Shown here: in pieces, positions 10,349-19,102 of the stretch
How positions within the stretch are numbered: position 1 is the stretch's first letter
How the letters are laid out: the number at the start of each line of letters is the position of its first letter
Source of the DNA: an uncultured Methanosarcinales archaeon
Lineage (GTDB): Archaea > Nanobdellota > Nanobdellia > Woesearchaeales > JAGVZT01
Assembly (NCBI GenBank): GCA_964419615.1
Contig: CAYQPU010000004.1
Location: forward strand, 1 to 60,927
Length of the DNA stretch: 60,927 bases
Reading direction: 5' to 3'
Program-made: the position numbers and the translations under genes
Notes under the pieces: generated by a model
Seen by the model: only the letters and a program-made list of their open reading frames with translations
What the model was told of the DNA's origin: nothing
The model's database searches: none

Positions 10349-10980
10349 AATATGTTCAAGAGATTGTAGATGAACTAAAAAAACACTATACTGTAGATTT
10401 TTTTGCAGAAGCACATGACAGAGATCCATACAAAGTACTAGTCTCTTGCTTAATCAGCTTGAGAACAAAAGACGAAGTAACATACCCTGCAGCACAAAGA
10501 CTATTCAAATTAGCAGACACTCCAAAAAAGATGATCAAACTTGATGAAGAGCAAATAGAGAAAGCAATTTATCCAGCAGGTTTTTACAAAACAAAAGCAA
10601 AAAGAATCAAAGACATATCTAAGGTATTAGTAGAAGAATACAATTTGAAAGTACCAGATACAATAGAAGAACTAGTCAAGCTACATGGTGTCGGAAGAAA
10701 AACAGCTAACATAGTTTTAGTATTTGGTTATAATATCCCTGCTGTACCAGTAGACACGCATATGCACAAGATACCAAATAGGTTAGGGTGGGTGAGCACA
10801 AAAACACCAGACCAAACTGAAGTTGAACTCAGAAAACACTTGCCAAAGAAATACTGGCTGGAAATAAATGAACTCTTTGTCAGGCATGGTCAGCAAATCT
10901 GCAAAAGTGTAAGTCCTTTCTGTAGTAAGTGTGTAATTAAAAAGTACTGCAGTCAAAATAATGTGGAAAGATCAAGATAA
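10345..10980 (+). CDS. nth: Endonuclease III
   Basis: LHGVGRKTAN, VPVDTH, and C-terminal C-x6-C-x2-C-x5-C [4Fe-4S] motif. Confidence 0.96.
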   Translation: MKYVQEIVDELKKHYTVDFFAEAHDRDPYKVLVSCLISLRTKDEVTYPAAQRLFKLADTPKKMIKLDEEQIEKAIYPAGFYKTKAKRIKDISKVLVEEYNLKVPDTIEELVKLHGVGRKTANIVLVFGYNIPAVPVDTHMHKIPNRLGWVSTKTPDQTEVELRKHLPKKYWLEINELFVRHGQQICKSVSPFCSKCVIKKYCSQNNVERSR

Positions 10981-10988
10981 AAAACTAA

Positions 10989-11777
10989 TCACCACTTTTC
11001 TTTTATAATATCCGCAACAATTGGAATTGCCTTTAGAGATACTAGATCAAGACTTACTGGAGTTACTGATATCTTGCCATCTTCTATTGCTTTTATATCT
11101 GTTCCAGGAAGATCTTCAAATATTTGTGCACAACCTTTATGCACAAACAGTTCTCCCTTTTTCTCAAAAACATCACCATAAGGTAATTTGAATGGTTTTG
11201 CCACAACACATTCTGAGTTAATTGATGCTTTTAGTGGAATATTAATCGAGATCAAATCTGTATAACTTAAAAAATCAGTATCTATGAATATTTCAACAAG
11301 TTTTGCTGTTATCCTAGCTGCATTATCAAAAACAGCATAATCCTTTGGATCCTCAAAATCAATTGTTCCATACAACTCACGAGGGATATATAGGGAAGAA
11401 GCAATTGCTTTATAGTTATTAATTGAAGCTTCAATGGCAGCTCCGACTGTTCCAGAGCTCATCATTCTGGCATGTCCAATATTCTCACCAATATTAATTC
11501 CAGAAACAACTAACCTTGGTTTTTTCTTTAACACATTAAACAAACCCAATTGAACACAGTCAGCAGGAGTTCCAGTACATGTATTAATCTCATTTCCCAT
11601 AAGATCAATCTTGTTTAATTCAAGTGGTTTGTTTGTTGTTATTGCTTTTCCAATCCAACTTCTTTGACCATCTGGAACAACAGAAGTCACTTTATACTTT
11701 TTTATTAATTCTCTAAGTAAAGGGTAAAAACCAATAGCCTTGTAGCCATCATCGTTTGTGAGTAATATGTAGGTCAT
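10989..11777 (-). CDS. surE: 5'/3'-nucleotidase SurE
   Basis: ILLTNDDG, GTPADCV, VSGINIGENIG, SSGTVGAA, ISVTP. Confidence 0.95.
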   Translation of the reverse strand: MTYILLTNDDGYKAIGFYPLLRELIKKYKVTSVVPDGQRSWIGKAITTNKPLELNKIDLMGNEINTCTGTPADCVQLGLFNVLKKKPRLVVSGINIGENIGHARMMSSGTVGAAIEASINNYKAIASSLYIPRELYGTIDFEDPKDYAVFDNAARITAKLVEIFIDTDFLSYTDLISINIPLKASINSECVVAKPFKLPYGDVFEKKGELFVHKGCAQIFEDLPGTDIKAIEDGKISVTPVSLDLVSLKAIPIVADIIKEKW

Positions 11778-12184
11778 AAATACCCCATTTTCGTAAACAT
11801 CTTAATTGTAGGTCTTGCAAGTTCCAAGTCTTTTAACTCAGAAACATCAAACCATCTTAGTTTATTTAGATCACTGTCAGCCTTAACATCCCCTGACTCA
11901 CATTCAGCTTTAAACTCCAAAAACACATATTGAGTCATCTCACCATGCCTATTTGGTTCATGGTCCTCATCAAAATCAATATGCTGTATGTTTTTAATCT
12001 CCAATCCTGTTTCTTCCTTAACCTCTCTTTTGATAGCATCAATAATTGATTCTTGACCTAATCTCACTCCTCCTCCCGGAATTAACCAGCAATTTGGATA
12101 CGGACCTCTATCTTTTTCTCTTCGGCCCAACAGAATTTTCCCTTTATATTCAATAACCGCTGCTACAACAACTCTTGATTTCAT
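11774..12184 (-). CDS. Nudix hydrolase
   Basis: PGGGVRLGQESIIDAIKREVKEETGL Nudix box. Confidence 0.93.
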   Translation of the reverse strand: MKSRVVVAAVIEYKGKILLGRREKDRGPYPNCWLIPGGGVRLGQESIIDAIKREVKEETGLEIKNIQHIDFDEDHEPNRHGEMTQYVFLEFKAECESGDVKADSDLNKLRWFDVSELKDLELARPTIKMFTKMGYL

Positions 12185-12660
12185 TCTTGATCAGGATACT
12201 CTTCTAATTCATTATTAAGAACTTGGAGTGCAACACCAGCTTGTTGGAAATAATCTCTTGTGTGTTTTGCACCATGATATCTCTTCTCACAAACAACTCT
12301 TTTAATACCACTATTAATAATCAACTTTGCACAGTCAAGACATGGTTCCATTTTGCAATAAATAGTTGCACCATTAACAGAAGCACCATGTTTTGCAGCT
12401 TGGGCAATTGCATTTGCCTCAGCATGAGTTGTTCGAACACAGTGTTTTCTTTGAGTACCATCATCTTCAACTACGGTTTTCATCAAATGACCTGCTTCAT
12501 TACAATGTGGAAGACCCGCAGGAGCACCAACATAACCTGTTGATATAATCCTCTTATCTTTGACAATAACGCATCCACTCAGACCTCTGTCACATGTTGC
12601 TCTTTTAGCTACTTCTCTAGAAATCCTAATAAAATACTCATCCCAATTAGGCCTTGTCAT
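12181..12660 (-). CDS. dCMP deaminase (cytidine/deoxycytidylate deaminase family)
   Basis: From ATG 12660: RPNWDEYF, RATCDR, HAEANA, PCLDC Zn motifs. Confidence 0.93.
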   Translation of the reverse strand: MTRPNWDEYFIRISREVAKRATCDRGLSGCVIVKDKRIISTGYVGAPAGLPHCNEAGHLMKTVVEDDGTQRKHCVRTTHAEANAIAQAAKHGASVNGATIYCKMEPCLDCAKLIINSGIKRVVCEKRYHGAKHTRDYFQQAGVALQVLNNELEEYPDQE

Positions 12661-12868
12661 CTTTTTCTTCAACTGCTTTTTTAATATCATTGAGCATCTC
12701 ATCCAACTTTTCATTGTCCATACCATGTGCTCTTGCACCTTGTTCTAAAGTCTCAAAATGAGCAACATGGCAACCAACGCAATGAAAACCATGCTTCATC
12801 ATGGCAATGGCAGCTCTAGGATATTTTGTTAATAACTCTCCAATATTTGAATCTTTTGTTATCTTCAT
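12647..12868 (-). CDS. DUF1858-domain protein
   Basis: ITKDSNIGELL...GFHCVGC...ETLEQGARAHG. Confidence 0.85.
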   Translation of the reverse strand: MKITKDSNIGELLTKYPRAAIAMMKHGFHCVGCHVAHFETLEQGARAHGMDNEKLDEMLNDIKKAVEEKDDKA

Positions 12869-12869
12869 T

Positions 12870-13091
12870 TTAAATCAGTTTATTACCATCCTCAATAATA
12901 TGAATGCAGGTAACAGGACACGATTCAGCCCCATCCATTGCACAACTTAATTCGTCAGTATCTTCATGTGTAGCTTTTGCTTTCATCTCACCATTAACAT
13001 CAACCATTTCAAATGAATCTGGACACACAGCTTGACAAGCAGCACAACCAATACAATCATCTTGAATAACTTCAATCTTAAACTTTGCCAT
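12870..13091 (-). CDS. Single-cluster [4Fe-4S] ferredoxin
   Basis: CIGCAAC..VCP and ESCPVTCI; ATG at 13091. Confidence 0.93.
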   Translation of the reverse strand: MAKFKIEVIQDDCIGCAACQAVCPDSFEMVDVNGEMKAKATHEDTDELSCAMDGAESCPVTCIHIIEDGNKLI

Positions 13092-13458
13092 TCTTACACC
13101 TCTGTTTATAATCATTAATAGCTGCTTCCAATGCTTCAGCAGCTAAATTGGAACAATGCATCTTAATAGGAGGAAGTCCACCAAGCTCATCTGCAACTGT
13201 TTTATTTGAGATATTACTTGCCTCTTCTAAAGTTTTTCCTTTTGCAAGCTCAGTTATCATTGAACTAGTTGCAATAGCAGATACACAACCAAAAGTCTTA
13301 AACTTAATATCATCAATCTTATTATCCTTAACTTTAATGTAGACATACATCAAATCCCCACAAACAGGATTCCCAACTTTTCCAACTCCATCAGCACCAT
13401 CCATCTCACCCATGTTTTTTGGGTTTTTGAAGTGTTCCATTACTTTATCTGTATACAT
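13078..13458 (-). CDS. iscU: Fe-S cluster scaffold IscU/NifU-N
   Basis: YTDKVMEHF, GNPVCGD, FGCVSAIA, LPPIKMHCSNL. Confidence 0.96.
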   Translation of the reverse strand: MYTDKVMEHFKNPKNMGEMDGADGVGKVGNPVCGDLMYVYIKVKDNKIDDIKFKTFGCVSAIATSSMITELAKGKTLEEASNISNKTVADELGGLPPIKMHCSNLAAEALEAAINDYKQRCKNGKV

Positions 13459-13460
13459 TT

Positions 13461-13823
13461 TCACACCAAACACGCATTACATTCTTTTGGAAGATCACAA
13501 TCTTCCTTTCTGTGAATCTTACAAACTAGTAGTTTAACATTAGTAAGATTACAAATCCTTTGTATCTCATCCATAAAAACATCTTTATTTTTTATAATAT
13601 TCCTAGCTGCAATTTTAATCTCATCCAAAATCTCTTGTTCAAATACAATCTCCTTGCCTCTCTTGGCCTTCAGATATTGTGAAATTGCAGCTGGACTAAC
13701 CCCTAATATCTTTGCAGCCTCTTTTTGAGGCATTTTTTCATCATTAACCATAACTTTAGCCAGCTCTTTTCTAATAGTAGGCAAAACATACCAAACAACA
13801 ATTTCCTGAGGCATATGTGTCAT
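13461..13823 (-). CDS. HTH transcriptional regulator (COG2522-like) with Cys/His-rich C-terminus
   Basis: PQEIVVWYVLPTIR, QKEAAKILGVSPAAISQY (HTH), CKIH..C..C..C. Confidence 0.85.
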   Translation of the reverse strand: MTHMPQEIVVWYVLPTIRKELAKVMVNDEKMPQKEAAKILGVSPAAISQYLKAKRGKEIVFEQEILDEIKIAARNIIKNKDVFMDEIQRICNLTNVKLLVCKIHRKEDCDLPKECNACLV

Positions 13824-13970
13824 AAATTTAACAATCGTTAACTTATTTATAAAGATTACGTTTAATATATTTCATATATAAACTCTAAATATGGGGATAT
13901 AATCAATTATATTTATACTATTTTGAGCACTTTTCCTTGCATGATCATATAAAAACCAACCTATTCCCAA

Positions 13971-14345
13971 ATGATCAGAATGGTAAATATATTTGCACTC
14001 AAAGATGAAAGCTTGTATTATAATGATACAGGTATTATACTCGCACTCAGAGAAATCGATGTGAAGTGGAATATTGGTCAACAAAGAAGTCGGGGGCATA
14101 TAGAAAGCACTTATCTTGAATACATTCCTGATGCTAAGTTGTTTGTTATTCACAGCAATCCAGAAAAACTAAGAAGAGATATTTCAAAAGTTGTTGAAAA
14201 TATATTGGAATTATTTCCTAGGATGAAACTAGCTTATTGTGGACAAATACCTGAATCTGACATGCATGAAACAAGACCACAGCCGCTTAATACAGGGCAA
14301 AGTCTGGATATAAAAGTTGAAAATTATGTTAAATATTATCAATGA
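13971..14345 (+). CDS. Hypothetical protein
   Basis: 124-aa ORF, divergent from the Fe-S operon; weak alpha/beta pattern. Confidence 0.55.
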   Translation: MIRMVNIFALKDESLYYNDTGIILALREIDVKWNIGQQRSRGHIESTYLEYIPDAKLFVIHSNPEKLRRDISKVVENILELFPRMKLAYCGQIPESDMHETRPQPLNTGQSLDIKVENYVKYYQ

Positions 14346-14357
14346 TTTGGAGGAAAA

Positions 14358-14720
14358 ATGATAAAAGATAAACAAATGTTAATTGTGGAGAAAAAAGAGA
14401 AGTTTAGGATTTTTTTTTCAATGCACTATGGATATAATGATTTGCACTGGGCTGAAACAGGAAAAGAAGTACTGGAACCAAGAGTTTGGTATGACCTTGA
14501 TGTTATACTATGGAATCTGGATATGTCAGTGGGAGAAGATCATCAAAACTTGGAGAAAATAAGACAAGCTCATCCAGAAATCCCAATTATTGGATATCAT
14601 TCACTCATGGGTCCAAGAGAAGCAAGACAAATCTCCAAAGATTATGATCTTTCAGGTAGAGTTATATTCCCTTCAGCAGGATATGAAGTTGATCATGCGA
14701 TAGACATGGCATTAAAATAA
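14358..14720 (+). CDS. Hypothetical protein, possible pseudo-receiver (CheY-like) domain
   Basis: DLDVILWNLDM...LEKIRQAHPEIPIIGY resembles the receiver consensus DLVILDxxM...LxxIR..P.iPII, but the phospho-Asp and Lys are absent. SD-like GGAGG upstream. Confidence 0.55.
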   Translation: MIKDKQMLIVEKKEKFRIFFSMHYGYNDLHWAETGKEVLEPRVWYDLDVILWNLDMSVGEDHQNLEKIRQAHPEIPIIGYHSLMGPREARQISKDYDLSGRVIFPSAGYEVDHAIDMALK

Positions 14721-14740
14721 GCAAAGTGATCAGATACTAG

Positions 14741-15358
14741 TTAATACTCAACACCCTTTCTTGCCTCAATACCTTTGTCAAAAGGGTGTTTGACATTCTT
14801 AACCTCGCTAACATAATCTGCAGCTTGTTTTAATTCTAAAGGGGCATTTCTTCCAGTAAGCACTAACTCAGTTGTTTTATGCTTATTTTTAATTAAATTA
14901 AGTACTTCCTGTAAATCAACAAGCTTTTCACTAATAGCTCCACAAATCTCATCTAAAATAATAAGATCATACTCTCCTGAACTACTTATATCCTTCGCAA
15001 TATTAAAACCAGTTCTAGCATGCATTTTTTCTGCTTCATCAATTGAAAAGCAATCTCTACACTCTCCACAATATTGATGATTCCTAACTTTATCTCCTTT
15101 TCCAAAGCCGGGTAGTTTCAACTGTTCTTGCTCTTTAATACAATCTTTTCCAAACTGATCCATCAAAATGTGCTCCTTCATAATATTTTTTGCACTAATA
15201 AGTTCACCAGTATATCCACCACCTTTAAGAAATTGAATAATGTAAGTTTTATAACCATGCCCAATAGCTCTAAAAGCTAAACCTAAAGATGCAGTGGTCT
15301 TACCTTTACCATCACCAGTATAAAGATGAACCAAACCAAGCTCTTTTTTATCCTCCAT
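14741..15358 (-). CDS. cobO: ATP:cob(I)alamin adenosyltransferase, CobA/CobO type, with Cys-rich insertion
   Basis: YTGDGKGKTTAS P-loop, QFLKG, YDLIILDEI, ELVLTGRNAP, ADYVSEV, KHPF..G..ARKGVEY. Confidence 0.95.
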   Translation of the reverse strand: MEDKKELGLVHLYTGDGKGKTTASLGLAFRAIGHGYKTYIIQFLKGGGYTGELISAKNIMKEHILMDQFGKDCIKEQEQLKLPGFGKGDKVRNHQYCGECRDCFSIDEAEKMHARTGFNIAKDISSSGEYDLIILDEICGAISEKLVDLQEVLNLIKNKHKTTELVLTGRNAPLELKQAADYVSEVKNVKHPFDKGIEARKGVEY

Positions 15359-17408
15359 CTCCAGACCTCTTTTTCTTACCAGTATCAATATTTAAAACCT
15401 GTTCTGTCCTGCTCTTATCCCTATAAATTGTAATCCCTTTACTTCCCAATTTATACGAAAGTAAATAGACTTTTTTTACATCTTTTATTTTGGCATCATG
15501 TGGAAAATTAACAGTTTTTGAAACAGCATTATCAGTATGAGTTTGAAAAGCAGCTTGAATCTTAACATGCCATTCAGGTGTAATATCATGGGCAGTAACA
15601 AAAACTCTTTTAATGTCCTCTGGAAAATCCATATCAGCAATTGTTCCTTTTTCAGCCACTTTTCTCATAACTTCACCACTATACAAATTTTTTTTTCTAA
15701 GCTCCTCTTCAAATCTTTTGTTAATAACAATCATCTCAAGCTCAGCTTTACCATCACTTCGATTATAAGATTTATTAGTATAAGCAAGGGCAAACAAAGG
15801 TTCAATACCTCCATTACAATCAGCAATCAAAGACAAAGTACCAGTAGGAGCAATTGTGGTTATTGTAGCATTCCTCATATGTTTAAATCCGTTCTTGTCC
15901 CACATACTACCTGCAAAATTAGGAAATGAACCTCTCTTCTCTCCAAGCTGTTCTGAAGCCTCTCTTCCCTTATCAGAAATAAACTTAATTAACTTCTCTG
16001 CTAACTTCACAGCTTCATTACTATTATATGGAATCCCAAGTTTAATCAACATATCTGAAAATCCCATAACTCCTAAACCTATCTTCCTGTTTGACAAAGT
16101 AACCTCTTCAATCTCTTTTATTGGATACTTGTTCATCTCAATTACATTATCCAGAAAATGAACTGCAATTTGTACTGTCTCTTTTAACTTGTCCCAATCA
16201 ACTGTCCACTTCTCTTCAAACATCAGCATCTTTGATAAATTGATTGAGCCAAGATTACATGACTCAAACGGAAGCAAAGGTTGCTCACCACAAGGATTAG
16301 TAGATTCAATCTTTCCAACATGAGGAGTAGGATTATCCATATTCATTCTATCTAAAAACACAATCCCTGGTTCACCAGTTCTCCAAGCATGTTCTGCAAT
16401 AGTATCAAAAACAAGCTTTGCAGATATGCTCTTAACTCTTTTATTATCTCGAGGATTAATTAAGCTAAACTCTTCATCCTTAGAAAGAGCATCCATAAAC
16501 TTTTTAGTTAATCCCACCGAAATATTAAAACTTGTCAGAGAAACACCATCATCTTTTGCAGTAATAAAATCAAGAATTTGAGGATGATGTGCAGGCAAAA
16601 TACCCATCATCCCATATGCTCTAAAACCACTATGGCTAACCTCCTTTGCAACAGTATCAAACACTTTCATAAATGATAAAGGTCCACCCGCAGTATTAAC
16701 AGTCTGACTAACATAATCTCCACTTGGTCTCAAATGACCAAAATTAAAACCAACTCCTCCTCCTTTTTGACAAAGAATTGCAGTATATTTAACAGCATCA
16801 AAAATTGAAATCATAGAATCCTGTATTGGCAGCACAAAACAAGCAGATAATTGCTGAGTCTTTCGGCCAGCGTTTCTGAGGGTTGGTGCATTTGGCAAGA
16901 AAGCCAAACTACACATTACATTGTAAAACTTTTCTTTTGCTGCTTTTGGATCTTTCCCATGCTTTATATCACCATTGGCTACATTCTCTGCCACTCTTAA
17001 AAACAAATCACCAACAGATTCAATTGCATTGCCTTCTTCATCTTTTTCCAAGAATTTTTTCTTTAGAACCTTTGCAGCATTCAAAGATAGTTTTAATTCA
17101 TCTTTAACACCAAGCAAAGATTTTTTATGTCTTAATTTATTTCTTTGCTCTCTATAAAGAATATACGACTTAGCAATCTTACTATGCCCTGAATCCATCA
17201 AAACTTTTTCAACTGTATCATGAACTTGATTAACAGTTGCTATCTCACCATTAAATTTTTCCAGTTTTTTAGTAACTTGATCACTTAACTTTTTTGCAAG
17301 CTTTGGATTAGGGTCTCCAACAGAATCTGAAGCTTTGAAAATTGCTCTAACGATTTTTCCCTGATCAAAGTCTACAACTGATCCCTCTCTCTTCTTGATC
17401 TTCTTCAT
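15348..17408 (-). CDS. nrdJ: Class II (AdoCbl-dependent) ribonucleotide reductase with ATP-cone; paralog A (third in operon)
   Basis: N-terminal ATP-cone (KKREG..VDFD..KI), [44 protein letters not shown]. Confidence 0.95.
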   Translation of the reverse strand: MKKIKKREGSVVDFDQGKIVRAIFKASDSVGDPNPKLAKKLSDQVTKKLEKFNGEIATVNQVHDTVEKVLMDSGHSKIAKSYILYREQRNKLRHKKSLLGVKDELKLSLNAAKVLKKKFLEKDEEGNAIESVGDLFLRVAENVANGDIKHGKDPKAAKEKFYNVMCSLAFLPNAPTLRNAGRKTQQLSACFVLPIQDSMISIFDAVKYTAILCQKGGGVGFNFGHLRPSGDYVSQTVNTAGGPLSFMKVFDTVAKEVSHSGFRAYGMMGILPAHHPQILDFITAKDDGVSLTSFNISVGLTKKFMDALSKDEEFSLINPRDNKRVKSISAKLVFDTIAEHAWRTGEPGIVFLDRMNMDNPTPHVGKIESTNPCGEQPLLPFESCNLGSINLSKMLMFEEKWTVDWDKLKETVQIAVHFLDNVIEMNKYPIKEIEEVTLSNRKIGLGVMGFSDMLIKLGIPYNSNEAVKLAEKLIKFISDKGREASEQLGEKRGSFPNFAGSMWDKNGFKHMRNATITTIAPTGTLSLIADCNGGIEPLFALAYTNKSYNRSDGKAELEMIVINKRFEEELRKKNLYSGEVMRKVAEKGTIADMDFPEDIKRVFVTAHDITPEWHVKIQAAFQTHTDNAVSKTVNFPHDAKIKDVKKVYLLSYKLGSKGITIYRDKSRTEQVLNIDTGKKKRSGDGG

Positions 17409-19102
17409 TTTGAAAAAGTTTGATCTTTTTTACTTCGGTCTCTATAAATAGTTGTTCCCTTGCAGCCCAATTTCCAAGCAAGCACAAAAGCTTCCTTGAT
17501 TTCATCAATAGAAGCATCATGCGGGAAATTAACAGTCTTTGAGACTGCGTTTTCAGTATATCTTTGGAAAGCAGCTTGGATCCGAATATGCCACTCAGGT
17601 GATATTTCATGTGATGTTACAAAAACCTCTTTTATATCATCAGGTAAATCAAGACTTTTAATAGAACCCTCTTTAGCAATTCTGTCCATTAAAGACTGAC
17701 TATATAATCCTCTTTCCCTTAACTCTTTTTCAAAAACAGGATTAACAATAGTGATAGATGAACCTTTATGATTTTGATCCAAAAGCACTTTTGCTTTTGT
17801 CACAAGTGAAAAAACAGGTTCTATTCCAGAAGAACAACCTGCAATAATTGAAATACCTCCTGTTGGAGCAATAGTTGTTACAGTTGCATTTCTTCTATTA
17901 ATTCTAAAAATACTCTTAGTAAAATTTGGAAAAGCTCCTCTTATCTCAGCAAGCTCTTGTGAAGCAATAACCGCTTGTTCAGAAATAAACTTCATAACCT
18001 TCATTGCAGTCTTTTCACTTTCTTCTGAATTGTAAACAATTTCTAATTTAAACAACATATCTGCAAAACCCATAATGCCCAAACCGATCTTACGATTAGC
18101 AGTAGACATTTTTTCAATTTCAATAAGTGGATACCTATTAACATCAATCACATTATCAAGAAAATGAACCGCATTATGTACAGTCTCCTTTAACATATCC
18201 CAATCAATTTCTTTATCCTTAACCATCTTTGATAAATTAATTGAACCAAGATTGCAGGATTCAAAAGGAAGCAAAGGTTGTTCACCACAAGGATTTGTAG
18301 CATTAATATCACCTACTTGAGGAGTTGTATTTGATTCCTTTATTCTATCTAAGAAAAGTAGGCCAGGATCACCAGTTCTCCATGCACTTTCTGCAATCAT
18401 ATCAAAAACTTCGCAAGCTTTAAGCCTCTCAATAATCTGCTTATTCCTAGGATTAACTAAAACATAACTATCCTCTTCAATCACTTTTTGCATAAACTCA
18501 TCAGTTATTCCAACAGACACATTAAAATTCTTAATTCTACCATCAACAGATTTAAGTTTAATAAACTCAATAATATCTGGGTGGTCAACATTTAAAACAC
18601 CCATGTTTGCACCATGTCTTTTACTACCCTGCATAATTCGATTTAGAGCAGTATCATATGTTTCAATATAGTGTATAGGTCCTGCGGCAACTCCTTCAAC
18701 ATTCCCAACAACATCAAGCGCAGGCCTGATGCTAGAAAAATTAAAACCAGTCCCGCCACCAACAGATTGCACCATCACTGCATGTTTTAGAGTTGTAAAC
18801 AAAGAATCAAGAGAATCTTTTAGAGGCAATACAAAACAAGCACTTAATTGTTGAAACACTCTCCCTGCATTTAAAAGAGTTGGCGAATTAGGAATAAAAA
18901 AACCTTTCGCCATAATTTCATAAAAATCTATTGAAGTTTTATTAACATTGTTTGTATACCTTAAATCAACCTGAGCAATATTCTTAGCAACCCTCCAAAA
19001 CAAATCTTTTGAAGTCTCACCTTCTTTTAAGTATCTATGTTTAAGCACAAACAAAGAATTCCCTTTCATTACAGGTTCTATTAACTCTTTTGTGGACGTC
19101 AT
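17405..19102 (-). CDS. nrdJ: Class II ribonucleotide reductase without ATP-cone; paralog B (second in operon)
   Basis: [44 protein letters not shown]; starts directly at the catalytic core. Confidence 0.95.
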   Translation of the reverse strand: MTSTKELIEPVMKGNSLFVLKHRYLKEGETSKDLFWRVAKNIAQVDLRYTNNVNKTSIDFYEIMAKGFFIPNSPTLLNAGRVFQQLSACFVLPLKDSLDSLFTTLKHAVMVQSVGGGTGFNFSSIRPALDVVGNVEGVAAGPIHYIETYDTALNRIMQGSKRHGANMGVLNVDHPDIIEFIKLKSVDGRIKNFNVSVGITDEFMQKVIEEDSYVLVNPRNKQIIERLKACEVFDMIAESAWRTGDPGLLFLDRIKESNTTPQVGDINATNPCGEQPLLPFESCNLGSINLSKMVKDKEIDWDMLKETVHNAVHFLDNVIDVNRYPLIEIEKMSTANRKIGLGIMGFADMLFKLEIVYNSEESEKTAMKVMKFISEQAVIASQELAEIRGAFPNFTKSIFRINRRNATVTTIAPTGGISIIAGCSSGIEPVFSLVTKAKVLLDQNHKGSSITIVNPVFEKELRERGLYSQSLMDRIAKEGSIKSLDLPDDIKEVFVTSHEISPEWHIRIQAAFQRYTENAVSKTVNFPHDASIDEIKEAFVLAWKLGCKGTTIYRDRSKKDQTFSK

